Source: the human T2T-CHM13v2.0 reference genome, Homo sapiens. From it: a stretch of DNA of 64,000 bases. The notes beneath the pieces are model-generated. The model did not search any database. It was given only the letters and a program-made list of their open reading frames with translations, and was not told where the DNA came from. Position numbers and translations under genes: made by a program. The DNA lies in assembly GCF_009914755.1 (NCBI RefSeq), contig NC_060939.1. One strand, written 5' to 3'. Of this stretch, positions 13,528 through 27,904 are shown piece after piece; within the stretch, counting starts at the first letter, position 1; the number at the start of each line of letters is the position of its first letter.

Positions 13528-13598
13528 CTCCACCACGTGCGAGGAAAAGCCCGTCTGTGACATCTCCAGCCCAAAGGAGGTCTCGTTCTTGTTGGTGC
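13528..13598 (-). CDS. ITGA11: ITGA11 exon 10 (71 nt): TNKNETSFGLEMSQTGFSSHVVE
   Basis: Acceptor ttgcAG|GCACC, donor GAG|GTatgt; the EMSQTGFS linker is typical of collagen-binding integrin alpha chains. Confidence 0.95.
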
Positions 13599-14585
13599 CT
13601 GCAACAGAGTGACAGAGAGATGTCAGCTCCATGCCCAATCCCTTAGCGCCAGACAGATCTGCTGCCCAACCCACAGCTCCTGCTTCCTGGGGGCATCGTC
13701 AGGAGGTGGGGCTCTCTTTCGAGGGGGGCTCTGAAGCTGAGGCCAGTAGTGTGCCAGCCTCCTCAGCCCTCCCCAGCACCCTGTGCAGTGGGGGGCACCA
13801 CACACCTTCCAGGTGCCCATGTGGGTTGTTACTGGTAGCCCACTTACTTCTGAAAAGGGCTCGGGACAACTTATATTACAGGGCATGTATACTATGAGAC
13901 TGCTAAAACTGGAGGGAAAGTAAGCAAAAGTGCACAGAAATAGTGTACGTTTTTGGCCAGAAATGGAATTTCCCACTTTGTTCATTCCTTTTATTCACTA
14001 GCTTTGGTTCCAGATGTCTTTGGATGGAACTCAAACATCAAATCCACCCTCAGAGGGAGGTCTGTCACCACTGCAGATTTGCGTAAGAAATCCCATGAGT
14101 GCTGAAAGCCTCTCCCCACAGAGGGACTCCCTGAACACATCATTGGATCGAATGTTCTCATCACTCAAGGCGACCGTTTTGAGGAGAAATACAGATTTGG
14201 ATATTTGAGTTCTGGAGTGGGTGTCAAAGCTCACGTTCAGACTTTATATTCATCTGCCCTTGTTTACGAGGGCCATTTTAGTCTCTTCGTGTGTCTGTGG
14301 CTTGTCATTTCCAATGCACTGCAGACTTCTCAGGCTTTATACTGCCTTCTATTTCCTTTTATAATCCTCCCATATGCCCAAAGCCCGATATTGGAAGGGC
14401 CCACTATAGCAATTTATGGTGGAAATGAAATTTATGCAAATCAGAAATGGAGCTTAAATCACAAGGAGAGAGGCAATCTGAAGGACTCTGCCCAAAATAA
14501 AAAATGCTTTTGGTGGAGTGGAAGCAGTTGGCATATAGGGATTAAGGGTTTCAGAATACGGAGTCAGACTCTGCTAGGTACAAGC

Positions 14586-14705
14586 TAGGGTTGCCTGATG
14601 CAATATAGGATGCCCAATTAAAACTGAATTTCAGAGAACAAATAAGTTTTAACCTAAGCCTGCCACACCCACTGTATCTTATTTTTGCGAAATTTGGCAA
14701 CCCTA
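14586..14705. mobile_element. MER53-like MITE (internally deleted), inserted in a MIR
   Basis: Terminal inverted repeats tagggttgcc...ggcaacccta; internal ggatgcccaattaaaactgaatttcaga. Confidence 0.75.
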
Positions 14706-14803
14706 GTTCAAAGCCCACCATGCTCCCAAGCTGTGAGAACTTTGGCAGGTCACTCAACTCCGTTGAGTTTCAGTTTTCCCAGCGATAAAAATGAGAACAT
14801 TAG

Positions 14804-15186
<383 letters not shown>

Positions 15187-15313
15187 TGGCATTTATTATT
15201 ACGGAAGACTCTTGTTAAGCCATTTCGTTTTGTGGGATTGGTTTGTGCTCTACGGGGTTTACCTGACATAAGCCCAGGAGAGAGTGGATCCCCTCTTAGC
15301 ATGCATTGCTTAC

Positions 15314-15479
15314 CTTCCAGGCTGAAGATTCTGTCCCCCAGGGCATCGACAATGTCCTTCAAGGCAGCCTCATCAGTGACATTGAAGAAGTGCTTGTCAT
15401 CAGGGTCACTGGCGATGTATTTGATTTCATTTAGAAAAGTTTCTGGATTGATCCCCCTGCGGTTGTAGTAGCCCAGGAC
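15314..15479 (-). CDS. ITGA11: ITGA11 exon 9 (166 nt): [56 protein letters not shown], end of the I domain
   Basis: Acceptor ggcAG|GTC, donor GAAG|GTaagc; ends in phase 1. Confidence 0.97.
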
Positions 15480-15954
15480 CTGCCAGGGAACAGGGGCAGG
15501 AACCACAAACCAGAACATAGCACAGACTTTCCCATACACCACACGGCCTAGACCCTGGGGACCCCAGGGTGGGCTGGAGCCAGGGCCGGTAGCCATGAGA
15601 GTTCCTCGCAATGCCATTTGCATTTGGAATGGACTCTCTTTTAGGGGCAAGATAAAGCCCTTGTGCTAAGTTAGGGTCTGGGAGCTGGGAGGTTTGGAGG
15701 TGTATTCTAGTTTTCTGAGGTTCCAGACCCTCCCTGGCAATGGATGGGGGGAAACACAACCCGTAGCTTTTGTGGATAGGCCAGAGCAGTGCAGAAAAAT
15801 CCTCAACTTGTTGTTCAGAAGATGAAATGGGAGGCTTTTTTGAGGGCCTGGACACTTGTGATACTGCCTGGAACTAGTCCCTTGGAGTCCCCAGGGATTT
15901 GATGGTAAAGCCTCTCAGAGGCCATCAGCAGCCCTTGGGCGGGCCAGGACTTAC

Positions 15955-16099
15955 GGCCACCGCATATCTTGTTACGTTGTCTCTTTCGCTTTGCTGGATC
16001 ACCTTCTCCAGGTCTGGGCTGTCGTGGGACTCCCCATCTGTGATGACAATCATCACCTTCTTGGCTCCTTTCCTTCCACCCTTCTGGAAAGCCTCTGAG
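15955..16099 (-). CDS. ITGA11: ITGA11 exon 8 (145 nt): SEAFQKGGRKGAKKVMIVITDGESHDSPDLEKVIQQSERDNVTRYAVA, I domain
   Basis: Acceptor ttccAG|CTC, donor GCC|GTaagt; TDGES supplies the MIDAS aspartate. Confidence 0.97.
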
Positions 16100-16433
16100 C
16101 TGGAAGCCAAGCACAGGGGCAGGGTCATGAAAGGTAAGTGGGATTGGGGCAGCCCCTGACGCTCCTGCAGAGGGGCAGCCACAGAAACCAGGACCAAGTC
16201 CTCCTTGGGCAACCCAACAGGTGCCAGGACCTCAAACCAAAGAAGTAGCTGGATTGAGATGGCCAGAGCTACTCTTTCACCAGCTGCTCAGAGGGTTCTT
16301 AGATCTGTTGTTTTTAAATGAAATGTTGAAAAGCCCCTTTGGAGTCCTGACCTTGCTGTTTTGGACAGGCCAAAGGGATGAGGTGGACCTGGGAGGGGAG
16401 TTCAGGGGCAAGTGGCAACCTTTAGAGGCATTA

Positions 16434-17184
<751 letters not shown>

Positions 17185-18389
17185 TGGCATCAGTATTTTA
17201 TAAGGTTCTGGTGAGCATCCAGAGTTGAGACTCACTTTCTTTAGTACTGAAAACAGGATGTGCCAGGGTGACTCAGCATCCAGACAACACTAACCCATAA
17301 AATGCGTGCGATGAGGCCTGACAGAGCTCTGACTTCCTCACAAGGACTACTTTGATTCTATTTTGGGAAACATTAAATATCAAATTCCATGACAAATATT
17401 TCTCTTTCTCACTTTTTATTTTGTTTTCAGTGCCCAGAGCATGAGCTCAGCCCACCTATCAGGCAATCCAGCCCAGGAGACAGCAGGGCTGGCACCTCGA
17501 CCGTCAATTGGCAGAGAGGCTCTTGTAACAGGCCATTGGGCTACAAAGCATGAAAAACTGGCTCCCAAATCACCACTGGCTTTTGGTGTCCCTGTGGCCG
17601 GCCCTCCTTTAGACCATGAGGTTCTGAGGGGTATAGACATGGTCTCACCGAGGAGTCTGGCCCAGAAGTTATAGTCTGCCAATAAGGATCTAAAAATAAA
17701 TGTTAGTCTTAGACTCTGAGGTTATTCCTCATGGGTCTGACCCACAGCAAGGCAGGACAGGCCACAGATTTAAGCTCTGTAGTGACAGGTTAAAGAGCCA
17801 CACGGCTTTGGTATCAGAGGTATCTCTTCTTACGCAGCACGCTGAGGAACTGATGCATACAATTTAGGAGTTGAGGAATTTACAAAAGCTGGAATACATT
17901 AGTTTAGAACATCTTCAAACTACCAGCAAAGAGAAAAAACATCCACCATTCTCTTAGCAATTCTCCGATATGCTGGATATGTTGCCTTAAAAAACCCACT
18001 AATTTTAGTATGTGCTGTGGACTGAAACCTGCAGAGGCACGTGCCACATGACGAGAGCAGGTTTCGAGCTCAAGCGCAACCCAGTAGCAGGAGAACTCTG
18101 CTATTCTTTCCAAGGGGATTCTAGATGCTTCCATGACTGCATGGAAGGGCCAGGCCCAGGAATAAAACACCCTGCAAAAAAGCATGGCAGGAGCAAAACA
18201 GGTTTTATTATATATGGACCCAAGAAAAATGTCAGGATCATATTTCCATAGAGTGGAATAGTGTGAATGTCATATGAATCTGTAATCGTGCGAATATCAG
18301 CATGAATCATCAGATTTTAAATTCGGATTCTGCACTGGGTAAAGGGACTTGGATTTGTTCCTTTGTAAATTAGATTATACATTCCTTGA

Positions 18390-19290
18390 GAGCAGCAAGA
18401 GCTTTATACTCATAACAGGCTCCATGGGCCTAGAAACCAGAGTGGCCCATGGAGATTTAGGCCCCGTCACAGCTCCTTTCTGCTCAAAACCTGCACAGGT
18501 TCCTATTTCTCTCAGGGAAAGCCCAGATTCTGACAACAGCTCACTAGGCCCTCTGAAATCTGGCCCGTTTCCTCTCTTAGCCTCTGGTCCTGCTCACTCA
18601 CCCCCACCCACACTGGACTCTTCAATGGTCTGGAAGGCCTCAGGCACACCAAGCCTTTCTCTGAGCTGTTCCCTCCCAGCCATCTGCTTGCCAACAACTC
18701 CCTCACCTCCTTTCAAATCTCCAATCAAAGGTCATCCGTCAGGGAAGCCTTTCCCCACCACCCTGTGCATGCTGATTCCGTACCTGCCCTCTGCACCTGC
18801 TCCACTCCCGCTACCACACTCCATTCTCCCCATAGCTTTCATCTCTTTCTAGTATGCTGTTATTTATTTATTTATTTATTGTCTGCCCCTCTCTCTAGAA
18901 TGTCAGCTCACGATGGCACGGTATTTGTACCTATTTTGTTCACTGATCTAGCCTTGGTGCCTAAAATAGTGTGAGGCACATAGTAGAGGCTCAATAAAGT
19001 GTTATGTGGACAAAGGTAGAATCACACCACATTGTTCAGGGGCCCTCTCCACTTCCCTGCTGTACATAGCTGCCAGGCTCATTTTTTTTAACGTGCATAT
19101 CTGATGATTACACTCCTGTACTCAAGAATCTGCAGTGGCCACCCATGCTGGTTTTAACTACAACATCATCACTCCCACCATCTTTACATGGCTCACTTCC
19201 CACCAACATGAACCCCTTGCTGTGGTCAAAAGGAGCACATCTCTGAATGCAAATGTTCCTTGACTTTCCCTCTCCTCTGCTGTTCTCAGG
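18390..19290. mobile_element. L2 LINE fragments; further L2 relics at ~2900-3130, ~4815-5290, ~32040-32380 and ~52480-53830
   Basis: L2 3' motifs tcagggaagcctttccc, gcacatagtagaggctcaataaa and ctcctgtactcaagaatctgcagtggc; boundaries approximate. Confidence 0.65.
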
Positions 19291-19694
19291 GTGGAATGTC
19301 TTGTGTGGCACGTCTTCTGTTCACCTCTTTTTGTTGGAATCCCAGGGTCTTCCCAGGACAGGTCCAGTGCCGCCTCCTCCTGGCAGTTCTCCTTGGCCAC
19401 TCCATGGGGGCCCCTCCCTCTCTCATCCTCACCGAGTTAGGGTTAGGGTGAACACTTGTCACAGCCCTCCCATCAGTGGCCAGGACCCACAGATTACCGA
19501 CATCTTTATAAGCCCTCATGTTCATGGCCTGGATCTTTGCCCTTTCATAGGTGCATAGGAAAAAACATGCATTAAGAATAAACTGAGTGAGGACAGAAAA
19601 CCTTTCACCTTAAAAGGCACCAGCTGTAGTTTGGGACTTGAATTTGGAAGTTTGGGAAGATCAGAATTTGAGGTGAAGATTGCAACCTCAGCGG

Positions 19695-19815
19695 TGCTCA
19701 TGAGTCACTGATGGTTCAAACTACCTGGTGAGTCACACACGGATAACTGACCAGGGGTTGGTGGGTTGTAAAGTGAGGTCCAAACAGTGGGCTTTATCCC
19801 TGTATGAGTCAGTTA
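19695..19815. promoter_or_regulatory. Candidate AP-1 enhancer (three TGAGTCA sites)
   Basis: TGAGTCA at 19701, 19729 and 19805; motif evidence only. Confidence 0.45.
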
Positions 19816-20132
19816 GCTTCACACTGAGAAAGTGAGAGCTGGTGGTTATGGGCTGCCTCCCTTACCCAAGCCATTTCACAAGGGCCTGCTGGGAGTCTCG
19901 GGTCTCACCCCGAAGAAGGCAAAACAAAAACAGAAAAATGGCCCATTCCTTATGAGGATGAGTAAGACAGCCACCTTCACATGGAGAAATGCTCATTTAG
20001 GAAAAGCTTGAGCAAGTTTTATCAGCAAACAGAAACACGCTAGTTGAGCAATGACTTAATTATAAAGAGTTATGAGGTTGGAAAAGTCTTAATCTTTTGA
20101 GCCTACGAATTCACAATACTACTAAATAGTTC

Positions 20133-20439
20133 TTTTTTTCTTTTTTTCTTTTTTTTTTGAGACAGGGTCTGGCTCTGTTGCCTAGGTGGAGTGCAGTGGT
20201 GTGATCTTGGCTCACCGCAGCCTCTGCCTCCTGGGCTCAAGTGATCCTCCCACCTCATCCTCCTGAATAGTTGGGACTACAAGCATGTACCACCATGCCT
20301 GGCTAATTTTTGTATTTTTTGTAGAGATGAGGTCTCATGCTTCTGCCCAGGCTGGTCTCAAACTTATGGGCTCAAGCAATCCTCCCACCTCAGCCTCCCA
20401 AACTGCTGGGATTACAGGTCTGAGCCACTGCACCTGGCC
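20133..20439 (-). mobile_element. Alu (AluJ-like)
   Basis: Reverse Alu; TSD taaatagttct / taaatagctct. Confidence 0.92.
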
Positions 20440-20717
20440 TAAATAGCTCTTACTTTGTGGATTTTTTTTTTTAAAAAACACGTCAACTAACCCTACCTAA
20501 GGTGGGATTATAAGGTACCAGGTCTGTGGTCTCAACAAATGCAGCAGAATTCATATTTATAGGTGTAACACTTAGACATTTAAAATCTAAATGCCTTTGA
20601 CACAGTCATCTTATGAGTTTAGGCCTCGGCTCAAGAGATCTGGGGATTGCCTTTAAAACTGGCTAATTTCAGTGGGGGGTGAGCACAATGTTTTGAGCAA
20701 CAACATTACTGGAATAA

Positions 20718-21158
<441 letters not shown>

Positions 21159-21242
21159 TGACTGCATTCTTTCCACTCCATTGATGACTAACACTCCATA
21201 AGAAGACCCCATCCTCACAGAACCTACTTCTTATAGAGTGTC

Positions 21243-21798
21243 TGTGGCAGAAGCTATTTTTCAAAGTTGGCTGCAACAATATTCCCCATTCTAAATGCTC
21301 TTCTGCAAAATGACCTCGCTGTTCATCCATCAAGGGCAGAACCAAATTCCCTTCCCCTTGAATCTGGCCTGGGCTCAGTCACTTGCCCAACCAATAGAAT
21401 GTGGCAGAAGTCATATTCTGGGACTTCGAGACTAGGTTATAGGCAGTCTCCCAGGTCCTGCCTGGGCCTCTTGGGATGCTCACTCTTGGGACGCTGTCTC
21501 TAAAACTCCTGTTGCCATGCCACAAGGAAATCAAGCCACATGGCTACGTGTGGGTGCTCAGGTCACCAGTCCCACCTGAGCTCTCAGCCAACAGCCAACA
21601 ACAACTGACAGCCACGTGAGAACCTTCAGATGACAACAGCCCAAGGTGACACCAGACTGCAACTACCTGAGAGGACCCAAGAGAAAACCGACCAGCTGAG
21701 CCCAGTCAAACTCCAGAATTTTGAGGAATTAAGAAATTATTGTCTCAAGGTACTAAATTTTGTGGTAGTGTGTTACAAGGCAATAGATAACTACAATA
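21243..21798 (+). mobile_element. MLT1 (MaLR) solo LTR, G/H-like
   Basis: 5' tgtggcag...tttcaaagttggctgcaacaatatt; 3' ttacaaggcaatagataactacaata. Confidence 0.75.
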
Positions 21799-21844
21799 GC
21801 ATCTGAGATCTAAAAAAATTTTTTTTGTTCTACTTTTTTTTTAC

Positions 21845-21993
21845 CGTGCAAATTCAATGCCAAATGCCGTCCGGGTCTCTGTTCCTCCTCTCTGCTCAAT
21901 GTGGCTGGCAGCTTCCACCACATCTTTTACAGACCTGTAGTCATTGAGGTGAAACTCATGCACCACATCTTCGCCATACTGCACAACTCCAAC
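21845..21993 (-). CDS. ITGA11: ITGA11 exon 7 (149 nt): [51 protein letters not shown] domain
   Basis: Acceptor ttgcAG|GTT, donor ACG|GTaaaa. Confidence 0.97.
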
Positions 21994-23151
21994 CTGCAAG
22001 GGAGAGGAGAGGGCAACAGAACATTTTGACCCCATGAACCCATGAACCTTAGAATTTGAGAGTGAGGATCCCCGGGAGTTGTCTCTGTGTGATAATACAG
22101 GAGGGAGGAGGGCTGAGGACCTTTCCAAGAAAGTAACCACAGCCAAAGGGAAGTGAGTTCTGCAAAGTTCTAGGAATGAATGGACAGCTTGGTGGCACAA
22201 GAAGGGGTGCATATAGAGAATGGAGACTTCGTGATTGAAAGAAAGGCCCAACAATTATGCTTCTTTCTTAGGAAAACAAAAGCAGAGCAGAGAATCAGTC
22301 TAAGTCCAAAAAATTATGAATAGTGTGGGTGGAAGGTCACAGTGTTTACCAAACTCCAAAACTGAGGTTCCTTAAAACTTGTAAGAGGTTCTTTTATCCC
22401 CATGGATGATAAAATAATGACAATATTAATAGCATCAAAATAAACAAAAAGCTTCAAGACCTATAGTAGGAATAGAACCATGAAACGTTCCTGTTGGAGG
22501 AGCCCACAGGGTTTATTTGGCACACGTGCCCTTCTAATGCTGGACTTTCACCCATGATACCCTAAAAGATGATCTTCTGGTGATGGGGAACTCATTACTT
22601 CATGAGAAAGTCCACTCCCTTTTTAACAGCCCTAATCGTTACAAATAATTTCTTAGATTGACTTGAAATCTGCCATCTAATAACTTCTAGTCATTAGTCC
22701 TCACTCAGGCAGAATAAAAGGGAATGAATCTACCTCCGCGTTAGCCAGGCAGCGTTTCAGATATATGAGCCTAGCAGCCCTTACCTCTCCTACCATCTTC
22801 CCTCCATGACCTGTATGTCTAATTCTCCCCTGTGCCCCACTCGACAGGGCTCTAGATTCCACTCAACCATTCCCACCTTCCTTGTCACTTTTTAGCTTGT
22901 CTAAGTCTTCACAGGTGGTGTCTTGTGTCTGACCCGTGAAGTGAGGCTTCCCCCAAAATGTCATTTGATGTGCTACACCAGAGAGGAGTGTCCTGAGCTG
23001 CAGTGCCCCAGTGCTGGCTGGCCCTACTACCTCTGCCCTCTTACCTACACCTCCTTCGTGCATGCAAAGATCTCTCTTAGACCTAAGGCAGCACCTGCCA
23101 TGGGTTTGGGTGGCCCTGTTCAGAAGTGGAAAGAGCCCAAGAGATGCTCAC

Positions 23152-23279
23152 CTGGATCTGCCCTGGGCCAATGTAAAACTTTTTCAGGATGTTGATGAGG
23201 AAGTGCTGAACCTCCACCCAGGGGTAGATGCTGTTGGAGCCATCCAGGACAATGACGATGTCCATGTAGGTCTGGCACC
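23152..23279 (-). CDS. ITGA11: ITGA11 exon 6 (128 nt): [42 protein letters not shown], start of the I domain with MIDAS DxSxS
   Basis: Acceptor ttccAG|GGTGC, donor CAG|GTgagc; DGSNS is the MIDAS motif. Confidence 0.97.
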
Positions 23280-23679
23280 CTGGAAAGTGGGGACACAGTT
23301 ATGGCTACCCAAGGAGCAGTGTCTGCGAGTCTCTGATTCTCTGGACAATTGTTCAAAGGACAAATGAATGACTCTGCTCCATATGTGTAATTCCCTGGGC
23401 TGGGAAACTGTCCTTGGGTTGGACATTTATTTGGGCAATGTGAGTGAGCCCAGGAATTCCTGGCTGTGTTCTACCACTCTGCTGGCTGTTTGAACAAAGC
23501 TTAAATTAAGCCTGATCACTTCTATTCCTAATCAGAGACTGACCACTACCAATCGGCCAACGCTTCCGAGGCAGCCAGCACTGCTCAAATCAGTACCTTG
23601 GTATTGTTTGTTTTGCTGTAATGAGCAGGCTGGCATTTACCACTTTCAGCCCAAATGAATGGATTTCTGTTTTTAGGAG

Positions 23680-23910
23680 GGAGATATGATGTCGTGGCTA
23701 GAAATGTGGGATGTGGCATCACACTGACTCCTGGCTTTGGCACTCCCTAGCTATGTGACCTAGGGTCAGTCACAAAACCTCTCAGCCTCAGTTTTCTCTT
23801 CTGTAAAAGAGGCACAACAATAGTAAAGAGTTGCCTAGAGTAATTAATGAGAAGATGCTTCTAAAGGGCTGAGCACAAAGCAAATGCTCAATAAATCTGA
23901 ACTGATCATG
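23680..23910. mobile_element. MIR SINE (representative; others near 6134-6240, 7610-7860, 30870-31060, 33255-33720, 44985-45060 and 50405-50560)
   Basis: MIR core ctagctatgtgacctagggtcagtcac...ctcagttttctcttctgtaaaa. Confidence 0.7.
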
Positions 23911-23984
23911 GTTTCACTTTTTATTTATTTATTTATTTTTTAAGGAAACCACTGAGTTAATATGGTACTGATATCATCAGGTCA

Positions 23985-24377
<393 letters not shown>

Positions 24378-26283
24378 CTAAATTAAAAGGAATAATGAAA
24401 ATCAACAAAGAAAATTAAGAAAATATTGGCCATAACAAATATTAAAAAAACCCTCCTCTTTTAAAATCTAAGTAATTTATTTCTGTTTGTCAACAGTTGG
24501 AGTTACTTTGAAATAATGCATACACTCTGCGTCTGGGCATTGCTCATTTTTATTGGTGACTTTTTATGCTGTTATAAAATCTACTTTATAACAATGCTGC
24601 ATGAACCTTTTGTGTGTTAACTGTTCCAGTAATTCTTGCATTTCGAAGAGGCACTATGTTGAAGTCAGTGCTGAGCAGACAGAGGAAGGTGGGGGTGGCT
24701 TTGAGTTGGGACGCCTGTTGCAGGCTTTGTGTTTAGTAGAGCATTTTAGAAGCATTTGGGCAACTTGAGTGCTCCGCCACTTCTTGTCCCACCTGCATAC
24801 TGTGTACAGCATGTGATGACCTGACACTCCTGGCCTGGCAGAGCCTCATACATTTGTCCTTTTCTGGTTTAGTTCGGCTCCACACATGTGGACTGAGCAC
24901 CTGCTATGTGCTGGAGCTCTGCATGGTGCAGGCAGCAGTGGGGGTGACCAAGACAGAAATTCCTTGATTTGGAGGAGTTCATAATCTTTTAACAGGTTAT
25001 TTTTATTTTTATTTTTAAGCCAGCTTTATTATTATAATGCATTTATTATTGTTGATTTCTTTCTTACAATTTCACATTTTTCTTTCTAAGATACCTTGGG
25101 AACAAACTGGTTTGAGGGCTACGGTTCCTAAACATGGCTGAACACTCCCTTGGGGAGCTTAAAAACACACACACTCACACGCACGCATGCACACACACAC
25201 ACTTGCACATACTCCTACTGAATTAGGACCCACATGGGGTGCCCTGGAATCTGCATTTGGTAAGCTTCAGAGCAATGCTGCTGGTCAGCCAGGTGAGGAG
25301 GCCTCCACCACATGAGGTTCAGGGACCATAGGATGGTCACATCTAGGCCTGGAGGGACTAGCTCTAGGGGTGGTGACATTCCCCGGTGGGCCCCTCACGT
25401 ACCCTGACCTCAGGCCTCCTCCTGTGCCCTGGCTCTGCCATTTCCTCTGTCATTTTGTGTGAATAGAATCCATGTCTCATTATCCCCCAGAAAGACGACC
25501 TTTCTGCCCCTGCTGGACTGATGCTTCCTCCTCCTCCCTTCCCCAGCCCCATCTGACTCGGCCTTGTTGTCTGGAGGGCGGCTGCAGGCAAGCCAGAGGT
25601 GCCAATTCCCGAACCCTCCATAAAACGGGCAGCAGCTGCTTGGGTGATGGTATTTAGTGCAGAGGAAATAGTGAGGCTCAGAGCCAAGAAGTCTGGGCTT
25701 GTGGGAGGCAGGGTCTGAGCAGTAATTCCCCAGGTTTTCTTCGCAGGTGGGCAATGAGCAAGAGGTTTTACGTTCCATGAGGCTCTGGACGAGCTGGACA
25801 GAACTCCCTGCTGTCCAGGAGCACTGATTTGGTGGAACTACTACCAAGGAGATTTCTGTTCTCCCTGTTCCTTCATCTACAAGGCTACTGCATTGCACAA
25901 CATCAGGGGGCGTCATTCATATGTCTAAGTGAACAATTCCCCCAGAATTGTGCAGTGCACAGCTTGTCTGCTGCATGTGCTTGCCAGGTAACCTCCTATA
26001 TACCCAGGGTTTCTGCAGTGAGCCTCCCTTGAGGCTGGGATTGTCTTTGAAACCTTAGCTCATTTGCTCTCCACCATCACACTTGGGAGAGGGAGGCCAG
26101 GATTATGACTCCCACAGAGGCCCAGAGAGTGGAGTGATACATTCCAGGTCATCCGGAGAGCTGGGGCAGGACAGTGCTAGAGTCCAAATACTGCTTTCTA
26201 GCCACAGGTTGTTGTGCTCAGGGCCCAAGTCTCTCTGGACTGTCCACTGCTCAGCTTGAGGTTGCAGATTTGAAGCCACTTAC

Positions 26284-26398
26284 TTTGGAGAGCTGGGGCC
26301 ACGGTCTTGGAGAACCTGAAGTTGGAGTTGACTCTTGAACACATCCCTGTGGTGTAGTAGGAGCTCCCACACTCATGAGACCAGAGGGGGCTGCAGGC
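26284..26398 (-). CDS. ITGA11: ITGA11 exon 5 (115 nt): ACSPLWSHECGSSYYTTGMCSRVNSNFRFSKTVAPALQ-R
   Basis: Acceptor ccccAG|GCC, donor CAAA|GTaagt; ends in phase 1. Confidence 0.96.
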
Positions 26399-27216
26399 CT
26401 GGGGAGGGCAGTGCAGATCCCCAGTCAGTGAGGGGACCTCAGAGAGGATCGAGGTCCAATGGCCTGAGGCCCACTCCCATCCTCCACGACCCAAGACAGA
26501 CTTCTATCTGAGGGGTGAGGGGGTGAGGGATCTTCTTTGGGTCTAACTGAACTCTCTCTTGCTGCAATGTGTACTAGTTCCTTTGGTTTCAGGTCTAATG
26601 GAGAAAAACTGATCTTGGAGTCTCTTTCATTGTTTTTTCAAGGCCCTGTTCTCCATCTCATCATTTAGGAATATGATACTTCTTCACCCTACCTGCCCAC
26701 CCCACTCACCCACCCACCATACGGGATCTGGGGAAGCCTTTTCACCCACGGGTGTGAACACTTCAAGGGTCACTAGAATAACTCCTCTGTCTGAGAGGTC
26801 GCCTGAAGGGCCTTACTGGGCAAACTTCTAGGACTGGGTCCCAAAAACATGCCATGGCTCATACTGGGGCAGGGGAAGATAAGAATGTCTGTATTCTTTC
26901 TGTGAAATGTTCTACCAAAAACACTGATGTCAGTCCCCATTGAAGGACTGAGTGAAGGGTTCTTCTCAGAGTCATTGTCATTAAAAATGAAAGCTCAGCT
27001 CCATGCTTCCATTGTTATCCTGCTATCAGGAAACCCAGAGCTAAATTTTGTGCTGTAATTTCCTTTGGTTTAGGGGAGTAATTATTCTACTTCCGATCCC
27101 TTTCTTTAATTACTTTCTTTTTAAGCTCAGATCTTAAAGGTTATGTTTTATCTGTGTACTTTGTTGAAGCTGCTGTACATAATGTTTGGAAGTGGCAGGG
27201 GACAGAGGGGAATAAA

Positions 27217-27904
27217 GAATGGATAGATGGATGGATGGATAAGTGGATGGATAGACAGATGATAGATGGATGGATAAGTGGGTGGTAGATGGATGGATGA
27301 ATGATGTATAGATGGATGGATGAATGATGTATAGATGGATGATGAATGGATGGATGGATAAATGGATGGAAGATGGATGGAAGGATGATGGATAGATGTG
27401 AATGGATGGACAGATAGATGAATGGATAATGGATGGATGATGGATAGTGGACAGATGATGGATGAATGGATGATGAATGAATGGGTGAATGAATGATGGC
27501 TGGATAGATGATGGATGAATTAGTGGATGGATGATGGATGGATAGATGATCCATGTATGAATGGGTGGATGAATGATAATGGATGGATGATAGATGGTTG
27601 ATGGATGAATGGGTGGATGGATGATGGATGAATGGATGATGGATGAATAAGTGGATGAATGACAGATGGATGATGGATGGTTGATGGATGGATGGATGAT
27701 GAATTGATGGGTGGATGAATGATAGATGATGGAGGTTGATGGATGGATGCAGGAAGGAATAAATGGAAAGATGGATGATTACATGGGAGATTGATGGTGG
27801 ATCGATGTATAGACAGATGGGTAGATGAATGCATGGGTGGTTGGATAGATGAATGGAGGAATGAATTGTTGAGAGGGGAATGGACAGATGAGTGAATCAA
27901 TGAA
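27217..27904. repeat. Degenerate (GGAT/GAAT/GAT)n simple repeat, ~690 bp, intron 4
   Basis: Directly visible; includes a 23-bp tandem unit gatggatggatgaatgatgtata near 27287-27332. Confidence 0.97.

Noticed and set aside
27141-27900. His/Pro/Ser/Ile-rich ORFs (137 and 126 aa)
   Set aside because: Translations of the (GGAT)n simple repeat.
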